From an uncultured delta proteobacterium (GTDB lineage Bacteria > Desulfobacterota > Binatia > UBA9968), in NCBI GenBank assembly GCA_963847445.1, contig CAWJZV010000030.1, forward strand, positions 288,001-352,000: a DNA stretch of 64,000 nt. The letters are read 5' to 3'. The notes under the pieces were generated by a model. The model saw nothing but the letters and a program-made list of their open reading frames with translations, made no database searches and was not told where the DNA came from. Positions 43,501 to 55,189 of the stretch are shown here, piece by piece (position 1 is the first letter of the stretch; every line of letters begins with the position of its first letter). Made by a program: the position numbers and the translations under genes.

Positions 43501-45001
43501 GCCGCGGCGCGGCCGCAGCATGCCGTTAATCCGATCGCGATGAATATAAGCGCTGCGCCGGCTGCGCCGCGTCTCGACGCCTTCGCTGAGCATTTCCAGA
43601 ACTTGCTCGAACTCTTGCCGCTGGCAAATCGCGGTACGGATAGGCGGCGCGCATGAGTTGCCACAGCGCTTCTTCGGAAATCCCCTCTTCGTCATTTGCG
43701 CCCTTTGCGTTCTTTGCGGCCAATCTGGAACTCGCCACCGTCGCCACCATCTGCTGCGCCAGGATATCCAGCGGCTTGTGAATTAAATTTAACTTGTCCA
43801 ACTGCCCCTGGCGCACGGCGCGGATCGCCGCGATCGACTGCATGAGATCGTCGCGCGTGAGCGGATAGAAAAGCCCCTTGGGAATCGCGCCCAGCCAGTG
43901 GCCCGAGCGGCCGACCCGTTGCAGCAGCACCGCCAGATTGCGCGGCGAGCCGATATGGCAGACCACGTCGACATGGCCGATATCGATGCCGAGTTCGAGG
44001 GACGCCGTGGCGACCACCACCGGATAATGACCGGACTTGAGTTTCTCCTCGACCTCCAGCCGGGTTTTGCGCGACAGGCTGCCATGATGCGCGCCGACTT
44101 TGTCTTCGCCCAGCCGTTCGCTCAGTTGATGCGCGACCCGCTCGACCAGGCGGCGGGTGTTGACGAAGATCAATGTCGTGCGGTGCGCTTTAATTTGCTC
44201 GACCAGCTTGTCGTAGACCGCCGCCCAGATATCCTGGCGGATGATCGGTCCCAGCTCTTCGTCCGGCACTTCGATGCGCAGTTCCATCTCGCGCTGATGG
44301 CCGACGTCGACGATCGCACAATCAGGTGTACCGTCAGCGCGAATTCGTTTTGTGCCAACCAACAGCCGCGCCACTTCGTCGATCGGTTTCTGCGTCGCGC
44401 TCAAGCCGATGCGCTGCAATGGCCGCTCGGCCAAGGCTGCCAGCCGTTCGATTGAAAGTGCTAGATGGGCGCCGCGCTTGTCCTGGGCGATGGCGTGAAT
44501 TTCGTCGAGGATCAAAGTTTCGGCCGAGCGGAGAAACTCCCGGCTGCGCGCCGAAGTGAGCAGAATATACAGCGACTCCGGCGTGGTGATGAGAATATGC
44601 GGCGGCCGGCGCACCATCGCCTGGCGCTCCCGCGCCGGCGTATCGCCCGAGCGCACCGCCACGCGGATCGACGGCAGAAGAATCCCCTCGCGTCCGGCCA
44701 GTTGATAAATCTCCGCCAGCGGCGCCTGGAGGTTCTTGGCGATGTCGTTGCCGAGTGCTTTCAAGGGCGAGACGTAGACGACGCTGGTGCGCTCCTGCAG
44801 CGCACCGCCGAGCGCCTGCTTGATCAATCTGTCGATGGACCAAAGAAACGCCGCCAGTGTCTTACCAGAGCCGGTGGGCGCGGCAATCAACGTCGCCTTA
44901 CCAGCGGCAATAGACTGCCAACCCGCGGCTTGCGCCGGCGTCGGCTGGTGAAATCGTTCGGTAAACCAGCGCTCGACTAAGGGATGAAATAGTTCGTTCA
45001 A
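40597..45001 (-). CDS. lhr: Long Lhr-family DEAD/DEAH helicase (frameshift near 43620)
   Basis: APTGSGKT, ITTPESL, DEIH, GLSAT, LELGIDIG, QRVGRSGH, GGAIPD and C-terminal LEARGEIRGGRFV..GEQFA. Confidence 0.9.
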
Positions 45002-45189
45002 GCAGGAATTCTCCGCAGTATGGAGAATTTCAAGCTAAAGGGAATTTTACTGAGGGTCAATAAGAGATGGTAAATCGTCAGGTATGCGGAAGCAGACGTA
45101 CGTCGGGTTGCGCCTTGCGAGGTGATCTTTCACTATTCGTCATCGCCGCCAATGATGATAGATTCTCGGCATGGTCCCGGATTCACTCA

Positions 45190-45341
45190 CGAAGCCGCCA
45201 GCACTCCCGACGCACTGAATATCTTTATGTGATTCAGGCGACCAACTTGGAAGGCGTCGTGGTATATTCAAGGGCAAGCTCGTTCGGGAACGCGGTGAGG
45301 ATCATTTTTGCTTTCTTATTTCAGCCAAGAGGGCGCTATGA
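45190..45341 (+). pseudogene. C-terminal remnant of a putative toxin gene upstream of the YgiT-type gene
   Basis: EYLYVIQATNLEGVVVYS/KGKLVRE..FLISAKRAL* overlaps (ATGA) the next start. The toxin role is inferred from context only. Confidence 0.4.
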
Positions 45342-45587
45342 AGACAAACTTGCAAAAAGAAACATTGTCCATTTCTAGCTGTCCGTCCTGCGGCAGCTCC
45401 GCTATTCGCAAAATTAAAGGAAAGTGGAGCGGCACTTATCGCGGCAAGACATTTACCGTAAACTGCGCTCGAATATTTCGAGTGTCCAAATTGTCGAGAA
45501 AAAGTTTATCCTCCCCAGGCAATGCGGAGAATACAGGAAAGCTCCCCGGCGTATGCCAAATCCCGTGCCGTGCGGCGCGCTTCCTGA
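45338..45587 (+). CDS. YgiT-type zinc finger protein (MqsA N-terminal-like), frameshift near 45463
   Basis: CPSCG...TYRGKTFTV then LEYFECPNCREKVY. Confidence 0.75.
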
Positions 45588-45619
45588 ACAGACGAGACCA
45601 GGAAAATCCGCAGGAGATC

Positions 45620-45790
45620 AAGACAAATTGACGCTCGCGTTACGCCGTATGTCCGAAGCTTTCGGCGGTGTATCGAAGCTAGCCCGCAGCGCAAGATTGA
45701 ACGCGAACACGCTTTCGTCGAAATGGATCCGGAATTGAAGAGCTTGCGGGTGGTTCTCCGGGCGATGAGCATGCAGCTCATAGTCCGTCT
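45620..45790 (+). pseudogene. Remnant of an HTH addiction-module antidote (HI1420-like)
   Basis: LALRRMSEAFGGVSKLARSARLNANTL..SSK / PELKSLRVVLRAMSMQL. Confidence 0.6.
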
Positions 45791-46020
45791 ACTGCGGAGA
45801 CAAATAGCCTTGAGTTACATTTCCGGATGAAATCCGCTCCAGCGCGGAACGTATGTGGCGACCTGGAATATAGCGACAGATTGAGGAGGCAGGCAGACTG
45901 GTTGTGCAAAAGTTAGTGGGGGTGTTTAGGGATTTGTCCAAGTTGGGGAACGATAGATACGCACAGCAATCTTGTGCCGCTGGTATCACGGCAGAGGGAG
46001 TTAACCGGAGGTAAAAGGTC

Positions 46021-46540
46021 GTGGCGGAATCTGACAGTTGTCCTGTCCTGTCCGTTTGTATCGTCAACTGGAATTGCTGCGAACACCTGCGAGCTTTATT
46101 AGCTTCGATCGAATCTGAGCGCGACGAAGTTTCGATTGAGGTTATCGTGGTCGATAATGCCTCGACGGACTGCTCCAGCGGCGCTAGTGAAAGCGGAATT
46201 TCCTGCCGTTCATTTAATATGCAATCAGCGTCATAGAGGGGTAGCGGCATCTAACAACGAGGCGGCCGCGCGCGCGCGGGGGAAGCTTTTACTATTCCTT
46301 AATAACGACACCAAAATCCAGTATGGCGCTTTGACGGGGCTAGTAAACTTTGCGGGAAATCATCCCGAAGATATCCGCAGTCGCGCCCAATCTCATCTCT
46401 CCCGACGGTAAGCCCCAGGGGAATGTACGTAAAATGCTTGGCTTTCGAGCACTACTCCATCGTGTCCTGTTTCTTCGTTGGACCGGTCTTTTCCGCTCTG
46501 CCAATCGTGCCTATCGACAAGTCGATTTCGACCTCACGCG
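46021..46540 (+). pseudogene. Truncated, frameshifted GT2 glycosyltransferase
   Basis: LSVCIVNWN, VIVVDNASTD, ASNNEAA..LLFLNNDT; the C-terminal half is missing. Confidence 0.75.
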
Positions 46541-46969
46541 AATCCTAGCATTTTCGATCGCGATCTTATGCGCGTCGGCGACATTCGTTATTTTCCTTGT
46601 GAGCGTAGCGACCTCGGTTGGATTCATGCGCCGGTACCAACTCAATTTACTACTCATTGGAAACAGCAAAGATAATAGAACAACATTATTCCGTCAAATA
46701 TTCTACGAAAGATCACGAAGTGATTTGGGAATCGAAGGGGAACTCAGGCGACGTTGTTGACTAGCTGGACAAACTCTTTGTCAGGATTCTTACACCTCCG
46801 AGATCAAGGCCCTACTTGGCGGCCAACCTCGGCGGTGACTACCCCGAAGCTCTCCACCAGCCGGCGAAAGGTTAACCGTCGTTCGACTGTTGAATCGTTG
46901 GTGTGAAAATAATCGGTGCCCCGGCGAGATGAAGTGCACTCGACAGTTTGGCGATGTACAGGCGAGAAA

Positions 46970-47354
46970 CTACTTAGCGGGTTTGGCTTCCGCCTTATCT
47001 GGAACCTTCTCAGAAGGAGTTGGTAGGCCCGGCCATGCCCATGCCTTGGCGCTGCAAGCCTTCCATCACCATCTTGGCGCCGCCGTGGCCTTTGTCGGCG
47101 AGTTCGCCGGTCTTGGTAACGATGGTTCTGAATTGGGCTTGGGTTTTTTGCGCTTCTTGGAGGGCAGTCTCTTGGCTGTTCTTGATCAGGCCGAGGTTGC
47201 TCCGTTCGGCGAGTAAGGAGACGGTTTGAAAGCCGAAATAGGTGATCAGTGCGACCAACGTAATAATCAGCGGCAGGTTCGATTGAGTTGCCATCGGCGC
47301 ACTGGCGAATTCTTCTTCGCTGGCGTTGGTGTCGTTATTGTTTTCGTTGTCCAT
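46970..47354 (-). CDS. Single-TM + helical hypothetical protein (ORF stops at 47010; probable true end 46970)
   Basis: TM segment LPLIITLVALITYFGF. Removing one base near 47013 gives the tail SEKVPDKAEAKPAK*. Confidence 0.65.
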
Positions 47355-47361
47355 GGATGTC

Positions 47362-47649
47362 TCACTTCGCCGGCGGCTTGGTTTCTGGACCCGCTTGCAG
47401 GTTGATGCCGGCCGCGGCTAGTACGCCCATGAGCGGCTCGTCGTTTGTCTTCATCGCGAGATTGGCAAGTACATTGATGAGCTGGCGGTTGAGCGCGTCG
47501 AGCTGCATAGTCTGGCTGATGATTTGCTGGCGCTCACTGACATCGCTCTGGATCGACTGATTGCCGATGCCGATAAAGATATTGACCAACACCAGGAGCA
47601 AGACCAACACTGACAATCCGGTCAGCAGAATTTTGCTTTTTTTCGTCAT
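47362..47649 (-). CDS. Single-TM + coiled-coil hypothetical protein
   Basis: N-terminal TM, Q-rich helix and tail ETKPPAK. Confidence 0.7.
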   Translation of the reverse strand: MTKKSKILLTGLSVLVLLLVLVNIFIGIGNQSIQSDVSERQQIISQTMQLDALNRQLINVLANLAMKTNDEPLMGVLAAAGINLQAGPETKPPAK

Positions 47650-47702
47650 GCACGAACTCGTACTTTCAGCCGGTATTCAAGCGTTGCCGATGGCGTCAGC
47701 GG

Positions 47703-48359
47703 CTAGCGGATCAAACTGCCCAAGCGTTCCCAGCGCACCCAGCGGTCGATGCCGTCCCAGGACCAATAGATCAAGAAGGCTTTGCCGCGCACTTCGCTCA
47801 AGCTTACATAACCCCAGAAGCGGCTGTCGTAGCTGCGGTCGCGATTGTCGCCCATGACGAAGACATGGCCTTCGGGAACCACCTTCGGCCCATAGTTGTC
47901 GCCGTTCACCGTGCCGCCCAACTGGGGATCGTAACCTTCGAAGTGGGCGTGGCTATCCTCCACCGCTTTGCCGTTGATGAAAACCTTCTTGCTGCGCACT
48001 TCGACATTGTCGCCGGCCACACCGACCACCCGTTTGATGAAATCTTTCGAGCGGTCCTCGGGGTAGATGAAGACGATCACATCGCCGCGCGCCGGCGCGC
48101 CGAAGTCGATCAGATACTTTTCCAAAAATGGCAGGCGCACGCCGTAGGAGAGCTTGTTGACGAGGATATGATCGCCAATCGCCAACGTCGGGATCATCGA
48201 ACCCGACGGAATTTTGAAAGCCTGGACGATGAAGGTGCGGATAAACAACGCCAGGAGCAATGCCGTCAAGATCGCTTCGGCATACTCGCGAAACGTCGAT
48301 TTGGCTTTCGGCGCCACGCCGCCCTCAGCCACCGATTGATCTTTTACTTTTTCTGCCAT
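47703..48359 (-). CDS. lepB: Signal peptidase I
   Basis: IPSGSMIPTL, FIKRVVG and GDNRDRSYDSR. Confidence 0.96.
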   Translation of the reverse strand: MAEKVKDQSVAEGGVAPKAKSTFREYAEAILTALLLALFIRTFIVQAFKIPSGSMIPTLAIGDHILVNKLSYGVRLPFLEKYLIDFGAPARGDVIVFIYPEDRSKDFIKRVVGVAGDNVEVRSKKVFINGKAVEDSHAHFEGYDPQLGGTVNGDNYGPKVVPEGHVFVMGDNRDRSYDSRFWGYVSLSEVRGKAFLIYWSWDGIDRWVRWERLGSLIR

Positions 48360-48371
48360 GAAGTCTCCAAT

Positions 48372-50165
48372 TTACACCTTTAGCGCGGCAAGAAAAGCCT
48401 CTTGGGGAATTTCCACCTTGCCCACCTGCTTCATGCGCTTCTTCCCCTCCTTTTGCTTTTCCAGCAGTTTGCGTTTGCGCGTAATATCGCCGCCATAGCA
48501 TTTGGCGATGACGTTCTTGCGCAGCGCCTTGACCGCTTCGCGGGAGACGATTCGGCTGCCGATCGCGGCCTGGATCACCACTTCGAACATCTGCCGCGGG
48601 ATCAGTGAGCGCATCTTTTGCACTAGATCGCGGCCGCGGTAATAAGCGTTGTCGCGGTGCACGATCATCGACATGGCGTCGACGATGTCGCCATTGATGC
48701 GCACGTCGAGTTTGACCAGGTCGGATTCGCGATAGCCGGCCAGCTCATACTCCATTGACGCGTAGCCGCGACTCACCGACTTCAGGCGATCGTAAAAATC
48801 GGCGACGATCTCGTTGAGCGGCAACTCATAGGCGAGCATCACCCGCTTGGGGCCGAGATAACGAATCTCTTTCTGGGTGCCGCGCTTCTCCTGGCACAGC
48901 CCCAGGACGCCGCCCAAAAATTCCTGGGGCAAATGGATCGACGCGTCGATGATCGGCTCTTCGATCTTTTGGATATCGCCTTCGTTGGGCATGCGCACCG
49001 GATTGTCGATCAGCAAAACTTCGCCGGTCACCTGGGTCACCTGGTAGATGACCGTCGCCGCGGTGGTAATCAGGCTTAAGTTAAATTCCCGTTCGAGCCG
49101 TTCGCGAATGATGTCCAGATGCAACAGGCCCAAGAAGCCGCAGCGGAATCCGAAACCCAAAGCCTGGGACGTTTCCGGCTCGAAAGTAAACGACGAGTCG
49201 TTCAAACGCAGCTTGTCGAGGGCGTCGCGCAGCGCCTGATACTGATGCGCCTCGGTCGGGTAGAGACCGCTGAAGACCATCGGTTTCATCGGTTTGTAAC
49301 CGGGCAGCGCTTTGCTGGCGGGATTATCGTCCAGCGTAATCGTATCGCCGATGCGGGTTTCGGAGACTTCTTTGATGCCGGCCATGATGAAACCGACTTC
49401 GCCGGCGTTGAGTCCGGTGGTTTCCACCGGACCGGGCGAATAGACGCCGGTCCGGGTTACTTCAAAGCTCCGGCCGCTCGACATCATGCGAATCCGCGAG
49501 CCCTTGGCGACTTGGCCGTCCATCACCCGCACCATCACCACCGCGCCGTGATAAGGGTCGAACCAACAGTCGATGATCGACGCCGTCAACGGCGCGTTGA
49601 CGTCGCCCTGGGGCGGCGGAAAAAAGTGGATCACCGCTTCGAGGATATCTTCGATGCCGACGCCCTCTTTCGCGCTGGCCAGGATCGCATTCGAAGCGTC
49701 GAGCCCGATGACATCCTCGATTTCCTGTCTGACCCGTTCCGGCTCGGCGCTGGGCAAATCGATCTTGTTGATCACCGGCAGGACTTCGAGATTGAGATCC
49801 AGCGCCATGTGAACGTTGGCGACGGTCTGCGCTTCGACGCCTTGGGCCGCGTCGACGATCAATAAAGCGCCTTCGCAAGCGGCCAAACTGCGCGACACTT
49901 CATAGGTGAAATCGACATGACCCGGCGTATCGATGAGATTGAGCTTGTACTCTTTGCCGTCCTTGGCGCGGTAGCGCAGGCATACCGGGCTGGCCTTGAT
50001 GGTAATGCCGCGCTCCCGTTCCAGTTCCATGCTATCGAGAATCTGATCGGTTCTTTCGCGCGCGCTGACCGCGCCGGTGAACTCCAGCAGCCGGTCGGCC
50101 AAAGTCGACTTGCCATGGTCGATATGGGCGATGATGGAAAAATTGCGAATATGATCGAGTTTCAT
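48372..50165 (-). CDS. lepA: Elongation factor 4
   Basis: [30 protein letters not shown] and [25 protein letters not shown]. Confidence 0.98.
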   Translation of the reverse strand: MKLDHIRNFSIIAHIDHGKSTLADRLLEFTGAVSARERTDQILDSMELERERGITIKASPVCLRYRAKDGKEYKLNLIDTPGHVDFTYEVSRSLAACEGALLIVDAAQGVEAQTVANVHMALDLNLEVLPVINKIDLPSAEPERVRQEIEDVIGLDASNAILASAKEGVGIEDILEAVIHFFPPPQGDVNAPLTASIIDCWFDPYHGAVVMVRVMDGQVAKGSRIRMMSSGRSFEVTRTGVYSPGPVETTGLNAGEVGFIMAGIKEVSETRIGDTITLDDNPASKALPGYKPMKPMVFSGLYPTEAHQYQALRDALDKLRLNDSSFTFEPETSQALGFGFRCGFLGLLHLDIIRERLEREFNLSLITTAATVIYQVTQVTGEVLLIDNPVRMPNEGDIQKIEEPIIDASIHLPQEFLGGVLGLCQEKRGTQKEIRYLGPKRVMLAYELPLNEIVADFYDRLKSVSRGYASMEYELAGYRESDLVKLDVRINGDIVDAMSMIVHRDNAYYRGRDLVQKMRSLIPRQMFEVVIQAAIGSRIVSREAVKALRKNVIAKCYGGDITRKRKLLEKQKEGKKRMKQVGKVEIPQEAFLAALKV

Positions 50166-51089
50166 TTGGCCAAATGTTCGCGATAATAAGCCGCCGTGCG
50201 TTGCAGTCCGTCGGCCAGTGTCACTTGCGGCCGCCAGCCCAAAACTTCTCCGGCGCGCCGATTATCGATGCAGCTGCGCCGCTGTTCTCCCGGTTTTGCC
50301 GGGCCATGTTGTGCTTGCAGCTGACTGCCCACGGCATCGCGCAAATGATTGTAGATCGCCACCACGTCGGTTTCGATGCCGGTACCGATGTTGACCGGTC
50401 CGACAAAGTCACTATCGAGGGCCGCGACATTGGCCGCGACGACATCGCCGACGTAAACATAGTCGCGGCTTTGTTTGCCGTCGCCATTGATGACCGGCGT
50501 TTTCCCCGTCAATAGCAGGGACAGGAAGATCGCCACCACACCAGCCTCGCCTTGGGCCGACTGGCGCGGGCCGTAAACATTGGCATAACGCAGGGCGATG
50601 TACGGCAAGCCGAACGCCTGGCGATAGTACGAAAGATACAATTCGCCGGTGCGCTTGCTCACGCCGTAGGGACTGGCCGGTTGGGTTGCATGGCTTTCCG
50701 CCGCGGGAAAACTCTCCTGCTCGCCATAGACCGCACCGCCGGAAGAGGCGAAGATCACTTTCTTGACGCCGGCGTTCTTACAGCCCTCGAGCAAATTAAT
50801 AAAACCCAAAATATTCACCCGCGCGTCGAAGGTCGGGTCGGCCACCGAGTGGCGCACATCCATTTGCGCGGCGTGATGACTCAAAATATCGGGTTTGATT
50901 TGCTCGATGAGCTTAGCTGCTTTGACGGTCGGCGATATCGATCTGGTGCAAGGTCGCCTTAGCGTTGACGTTGCTGCGCTGCCCGGTGGAAAAATCATCG
51001 AGGATATGGACCTCATGGCCGCGCTCGATATAGGCATCGGTAATGTTCGAGGCGATAAAGCCGGCGCCGCCGGTAACGACGATTTTCAC
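50162..51089 (-). CDS. UDP-glucose 4-epimerase-like NAD-dependent epimerase (+1 frameshift near 50928)
   Basis: [14 protein letters not shown] from GTG 51089, then [22 protein letters not shown] and [10 protein letters not shown]. Confidence 0.9.
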
Positions 51090-51099
51090 AGTCTCGCTC

Positions 51100-52035
51100 C
51101 TAGAGTTTGGTTCTGAAATACTCGATGGTCTTGACCAAGCCCTCTTCTAGTTTGACCTTGGGCTCCCAGCCGAGAATATTTCTCGCCTTGGTGATATCCG
51201 GCTGGCGCACCTGCGGATCGTCTTCCGGCAGCGGTTTGTAAACGATCTCGCTCTTGGATTGGGTCATTTCGATAATTTTCTTGGCGAATTCCAAAACCGT
51301 CATCTCGTAAGGGTTGCCGATATTGACCGGTAGATGGTGATCGGACTTGAGCAGCTTGTCGAGCCCGGCGACCAGATCGTCGACGTATTGGAAGCTGCGC
51401 GTCTGTTGCCCTTGGCCATAGACCGTCAGCGGCTCGCCTTTGAGCGCCTGCATAATAAAGTTGGGCACCACCCGGCCGTCGCGGATGCGCATGCGCGGCC
51501 CGTAGGTGTTAAAAATGCGCACGATCCGGGTGTCGAGCTGATGGAACCGGTGGTACGCCATGGTCATCGCTTCGGCGAACCGTTTGGCTTCATCGTAAAC
51601 GCCGCGCGGCCCGATCGGATTGACGTTGCCCCAGTACTCTTCGCTCTGCGGCCGCACCAGTGGGTCGCCATAAACCTCCGACGTCGAAGCGAGCAGATAG
51701 GTTGCGCCTTTCTCTTTCGCCAGGCCGAGAGAGTTATGGGTGCCCAAGGCGCCAACTTTCAAAGTCGGAATCGGCAATTCTAAATAATCCACCGGACTCG
51801 CCGGCGAGGCGAAGTGCAGGACAAAGTCCAAGGGCTCCGGCACTTCGATATAGCGGCTCACATTGTGATCGATGAAGCGAAAGCGGGGATTTTTCAGAAA
51901 CGCGCTGATGTTTTCATTGGCGCCTGTGGAGTAGTTATCCATGCACAAGACTTGGTGCCCTTGATTGAGAAAATACTCGCACAGGTGGGAGCCGATGAAA
52001 CCCGCGCCGCCGGTGATTAAATATCTAGCCATCAT
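51100..52035 (-). CDS. UDP-glucuronate decarboxylase (UDP-xylose synthase family)
   Basis: [45 protein letters not shown] and DGRVVPNF. Confidence 0.92.
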   Translation of the reverse strand: MMARYLITGGAGFIGSHLCEYFLNQGHQVLCMDNYSTGANENISAFLKNPRFRFIDHNVSRYIEVPEPLDFVLHFASPASPVDYLELPIPTLKVGALGTHNSLGLAKEKGATYLLASTSEVYGDPLVRPQSEEYWGNVNPIGPRGVYDEAKRFAEAMTMAYHRFHQLDTRIVRIFNTYGPRMRIRDGRVVPNFIMQALKGEPLTVYGQGQQTRSFQYVDDLVAGLDKLLKSDHHLPVNIGNPYEMTVLEFAKKIIEMTQSKSEIVYKPLPEDDPQVRQPDITKARNILGWEPKVKLEEGLVKTIEYFRTKL

Positions 52036-53329
52036 TTCTCCCGATGGAATAATAGGTAAATCCCAGTTTGCGCAAATCCGCCGGATCGTAGACATTGCGG
52101 CCATCGAAAATAACCGGATGGGTGAGCAGGTTTTTGACCCGAGTAAAATCCGGCCGGCGAAACTCATTCCACTCGGTGACGATCAGCAACGCCGCCGCGC
52201 CATGCAGCGCATCGTAGTTACGATGGGTATATTGAATGCGGTCGCCGAAGATTTTACGCGCTTCTTCCATCGCTTCGGGATCGAAGGCCTGCACCCGGGC
52301 GCCGGCGCCGAGCAGCGCTTCGATGAGGTTGATCGCCGGCGCATCGCGCATGTCGTCGGTGCGCGGCTTGAACGCCAACCCCCACACTGCGAAAGTCAGT
52401 CCAGCGAGTTTATCGCCGAAGTGGCGCCGGACTTTGTCGAACAGTAATTGCTTTTGCCGTTCGTTGACTTGTTCCACCGCCTTGAGCAGGACCATTTCCT
52501 GGCGCTCACCGCCCATGCCGATCATGGCGCGGGTATCCTTGGGAAAACAGGAACCGCCATAACCGGCGCCGGGGAAAATAAAATGCGGCCCGATGCGCCG
52601 GTCGAGGCTGATCGCCCGGCGCACCTCGCCGATGTCGGCGTTCATCGCCTCGCACAGCCGGGCGACTTCATTGATAAACGAGATCTTGGTCGCGAGCATG
52701 GCGTTGGCGGCGTACTTACTCATCTCCGCGCTGCGGCTGTCCATGATCAGGATGGGATTGCCGGTGCGGACAAAAGGCTCGTAGAGTTCGCGTAGTGTCG
52801 CCAGCGCCTGTGCATTATCGCCGCCCAAAACCACCCGGTCGGGCTTCATGAAATCTTCCACCGCTGCGCCCTCTTTCATGAACTCGGGGTTGGACGCGAC
52901 GGCAAACGGTTGGGTGGTTTCTTCACCGATCCACTGTTTGATCTGGTCCGCCGTGCCCACCGGGACGGTGCTCTTGGTGACGATGATCTTGAATGAATCG
53001 AGCGCTTTAGCGATGCCCTTGGCGGTCGCTTTGACGAATTCCAGATTGGCATGACCCGTCGGGCCTTGGGGCGTGCCGACGGCGATGAAAATGACATCCG
53101 ATTTCTGCACCGCGCTGGGCAGATCCGTGGTGAAGCTCAAGCGCTGATCTTCGGCATTGCGCCGCACCATCTCTTCCAATCCCGGCTCGTAGATCGGCAC
53201 CTTGCCGCCTTTCAGCATGTCGATTTTTTTTGCGTCGATATCGACACAGATCACGTCGTTGCCGCTCTCGGCCAGGCAAGTTCCCGCGACCAGACCGACA
53301 TAACCGGTTCCCACAACTGCCAATTTCAT
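52025..53329 (-). CDS. ugd: UDP-glucose 6-dehydrogenase
   Basis: [34 protein letters not shown] and FKPRTDD. Confidence 0.95.
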   Translation of the reverse strand: MKLAVVGTGYVGLVAGTCLAESGNDVICVDIDAKKIDMLKGGKVPIYEPGLEEMVRRNAEDQRLSFTTDLPSAVQKSDVIFIAVGTPQGPTGHANLEFVKATAKGIAKALDSFKIIVTKSTVPVGTADQIKQWIGEETTQPFAVASNPEFMKEGAAVEDFMKPDRVVLGGDNAQALATLRELYEPFVRTGNPILIMDSRSAEMSKYAANAMLATKISFINEVARLCEAMNADIGEVRRAISLDRRIGPHFIFPGAGYGGSCFPKDTRAMIGMGGERQEMVLLKAVEQVNERQKQLLFDKVRRHFGDKLAGLTFAVWGLAFKPRTDDMRDAPAINLIEALLGAGARVQAFDPEAMEEARKIFGDRIQYTHRNYDALHGAAALLIVTEWNEFRRPDFTRVKNLLTHPVIFDGRNVYDPADLRKLGFTYYSIGRNDG

Positions 53330-54279
53330 GCGCCAGTTCTCCCTTCGAGAATTTCGCCGACCACATAGACCGGGCGGTCCTGGGATTCATGATAGGTCCG
53401 CGCCAACATTTCACCCAATAAGCCCATTGTAACGAATTGAAAGCCAATGAAGATTAACAGTATGGCGAGCAACAGCAACGGACGGGCGCCAATATCCTGG
53501 CCGTAGAAAACCTTCTGCACCGTCAGATGCAGGCCGATGGCAAAGCCCGCCAGGCCGCTGCCGATGCCGATGGGCCCGAATACATGGGACGGCCGGGTCG
53601 AATAACTGCTTAAAAACTTTACCGTCAATAGATCCAGCACCACGCGCAACGTTCGCGTGATACCGTACTTCGACTGACCGCGCAGGCGTGGCCGGTGGTT
53701 AACCTTTAATTCGGCGATGCGCGCGCCGCGCTCGTAAGCGATGGCCGGAATAAACCGGTGCATTTCGCCGTACAGGCGCAAACTCTTCGCGACATCTTGG
53801 CGCAGCGCTTTCATAGTACAGCCGTAGTCATGGAGCTTCACATGGGTGGTCAACGAAATCAGCCGGTTGGCGATCATCGACGGCAACCGCCGGGTGAAAA
53901 ACGGGTCTTGACGATTATGCCGCCAGCCCGCCACCAGATCGTTGCCTTCGTCGAGCTTGGCCAGCAACGCGGGAATATCGGCGGGATCGTTCTGCGCATC
54001 GCCATCCATGAGGATCACAACATCGCCCTGGGCGTGGGCCAAACCGGCCGCCAGCGCCGCAGTTTGGCCGAAGTTGCGCTTGAGACCAATGACCTTGAGC
54101 TGCGGCACGCGTTGGTGAATCTGCCTTAGCTTGAGGAATGTTCCGTCCCTGCTGCCATCGTCGACAACCACGACTTCATAGCTTTTTCCCAACGCCGACA
54201 TTGCAGTTTTAATCTCGCCAATCAGCGGCTCGACGTTCTCTTCCTCGTTGTAGACCGGAATGACGACAGAAAGCTCCAT
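53326..54279 (-). CDS. GT2 polyprenol-phosphate glycosyltransferase (ArnC/GtrB-like)
   Basis: SVVIPVYNE, VDDGS, RNFGQ, MDGDAQNDP and two C-terminal TMs. Confidence 0.9.
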   Translation of the reverse strand: MELSVVIPVYNEEENVEPLIGEIKTAMSALGKSYEVVVVDDGSRDGTFLKLRQIHQRVPQLKVIGLKRNFGQTAALAAGLAHAQGDVVILMDGDAQNDPADIPALLAKLDEGNDLVAGWRHNRQDPFFTRRLPSMIANRLISLTTHVKLHDYGCTMKALRQDVAKSLRLYGEMHRFIPAIAYERGARIAELKVNHRPRLRGQSKYGITRTLRVVLDLLTVKFLSSYSTRPSHVFGPIGIGSGLAGFAIGLHLTVQKVFYGQDIGARPLLLLAILLIFIGFQFVTMGLLGEMLARTYHESQDRPVYVVGEILEGRTGA

Positions 54280-54283
54280 CGGC

Positions 54284-55189
54284 TCAAGAATGAAAATCGG
54301 TAAGCTCGATAAAACGTTGGTAGCGTTCTTCGATTGCCGGCAGTGAGACATCGATGAGTCTTTTGACGCCAAAGTCCTCGACGGTAAACGACGCCACCAC
54401 CGAGCCGTAGACGATCGCCCGGCGCAGGCCGCCCTGGCTCAAATCGCCAGTGCGGGCCAGTTGGCCCATCAGGCCGCCAGCAAAGGAATCGCCGGCGCCG
54501 GTGGGATCGAAGACTTCTTCCAAGGGATAGGCCGGCGTCGCAAAAATCGCGGAATCGGAGAATTGCAAAACCCCATACTCGCCGCGCTTGATCAAAACCA
54601 TCTTCGGGCCCATGCGCAGAATCGCCCGCGCCGCCTTGACGATATTATCGTAACCGCTCAGCAGACGCGCTTCGGAATCGTTCAGCACCAACATCTCGAC
54701 GCGCCGCAGGAGCTTTTTGAGATCAGCGTTGCTCTCGCGGATCCAGTAATCCATGGTGTCGCATACCAGGAGCTTCATGTGGCGAATCTGCTCGACCACT
54801 TCCATCTGTATGACCGGATCGATATTGCCGAGAAATACATACTCCGCGTCGCGATAACTTTCCGGCAGTTTCGGCTTGAAACCCGCTAAAACATTCAAGT
54901 GCAGTTCGATGGTATCGCGCTGATTGATGTCTTCATGATAGCGGCCGCGCCAATGAAAGGTATCGCCCTGCTCGCGCTCGATGCCGTCGATATCGATGCC
55001 GCGCTGGGTAAACAGGTCCAAGTGATCCTGGGGGAAATCCTGGCCGATAACGCCAACCATGCGCACCGCCGCGAAATAACTCGCGCCCAGGGCGAAATAG
55101 GACGCCGAGCCGCCGAGAATTCTCTCGACGGAACCCGCCGGCGCCTCAATGGAATCGAAAGCAACCGTGCCGACAACCAATACACTCAT
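54284..55189 (-). CDS. PfkB-family carbohydrate/nucleoside kinase
   Basis: GGSASY, IKRGEYG and DPTGAGDSFAGG. Confidence 0.92.
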   Translation of the reverse strand: MSVLVVGTVAFDSIEAPAGSVERILGGSASYFALGASYFAAVRMVGVIGQDFPQDHLDLFTQRGIDIDGIEREQGDTFHWRGRYHEDINQRDTIELHLNVLAGFKPKLPESYRDAEYVFLGNIDPVIQMEVVEQIRHMKLLVCDTMDYWIRESNADLKKLLRRVEMLVLNDSEARLLSGYDNIVKAARAILRMGPKMVLIKRGEYGVLQFSDSAIFATPAYPLEEVFDPTGAGDSFAGGLMGQLARTGDLSQGGLRRAIVYGSVVASFTVEDFGVKRLIDVSLPAIEERYQRFIELTDFHS

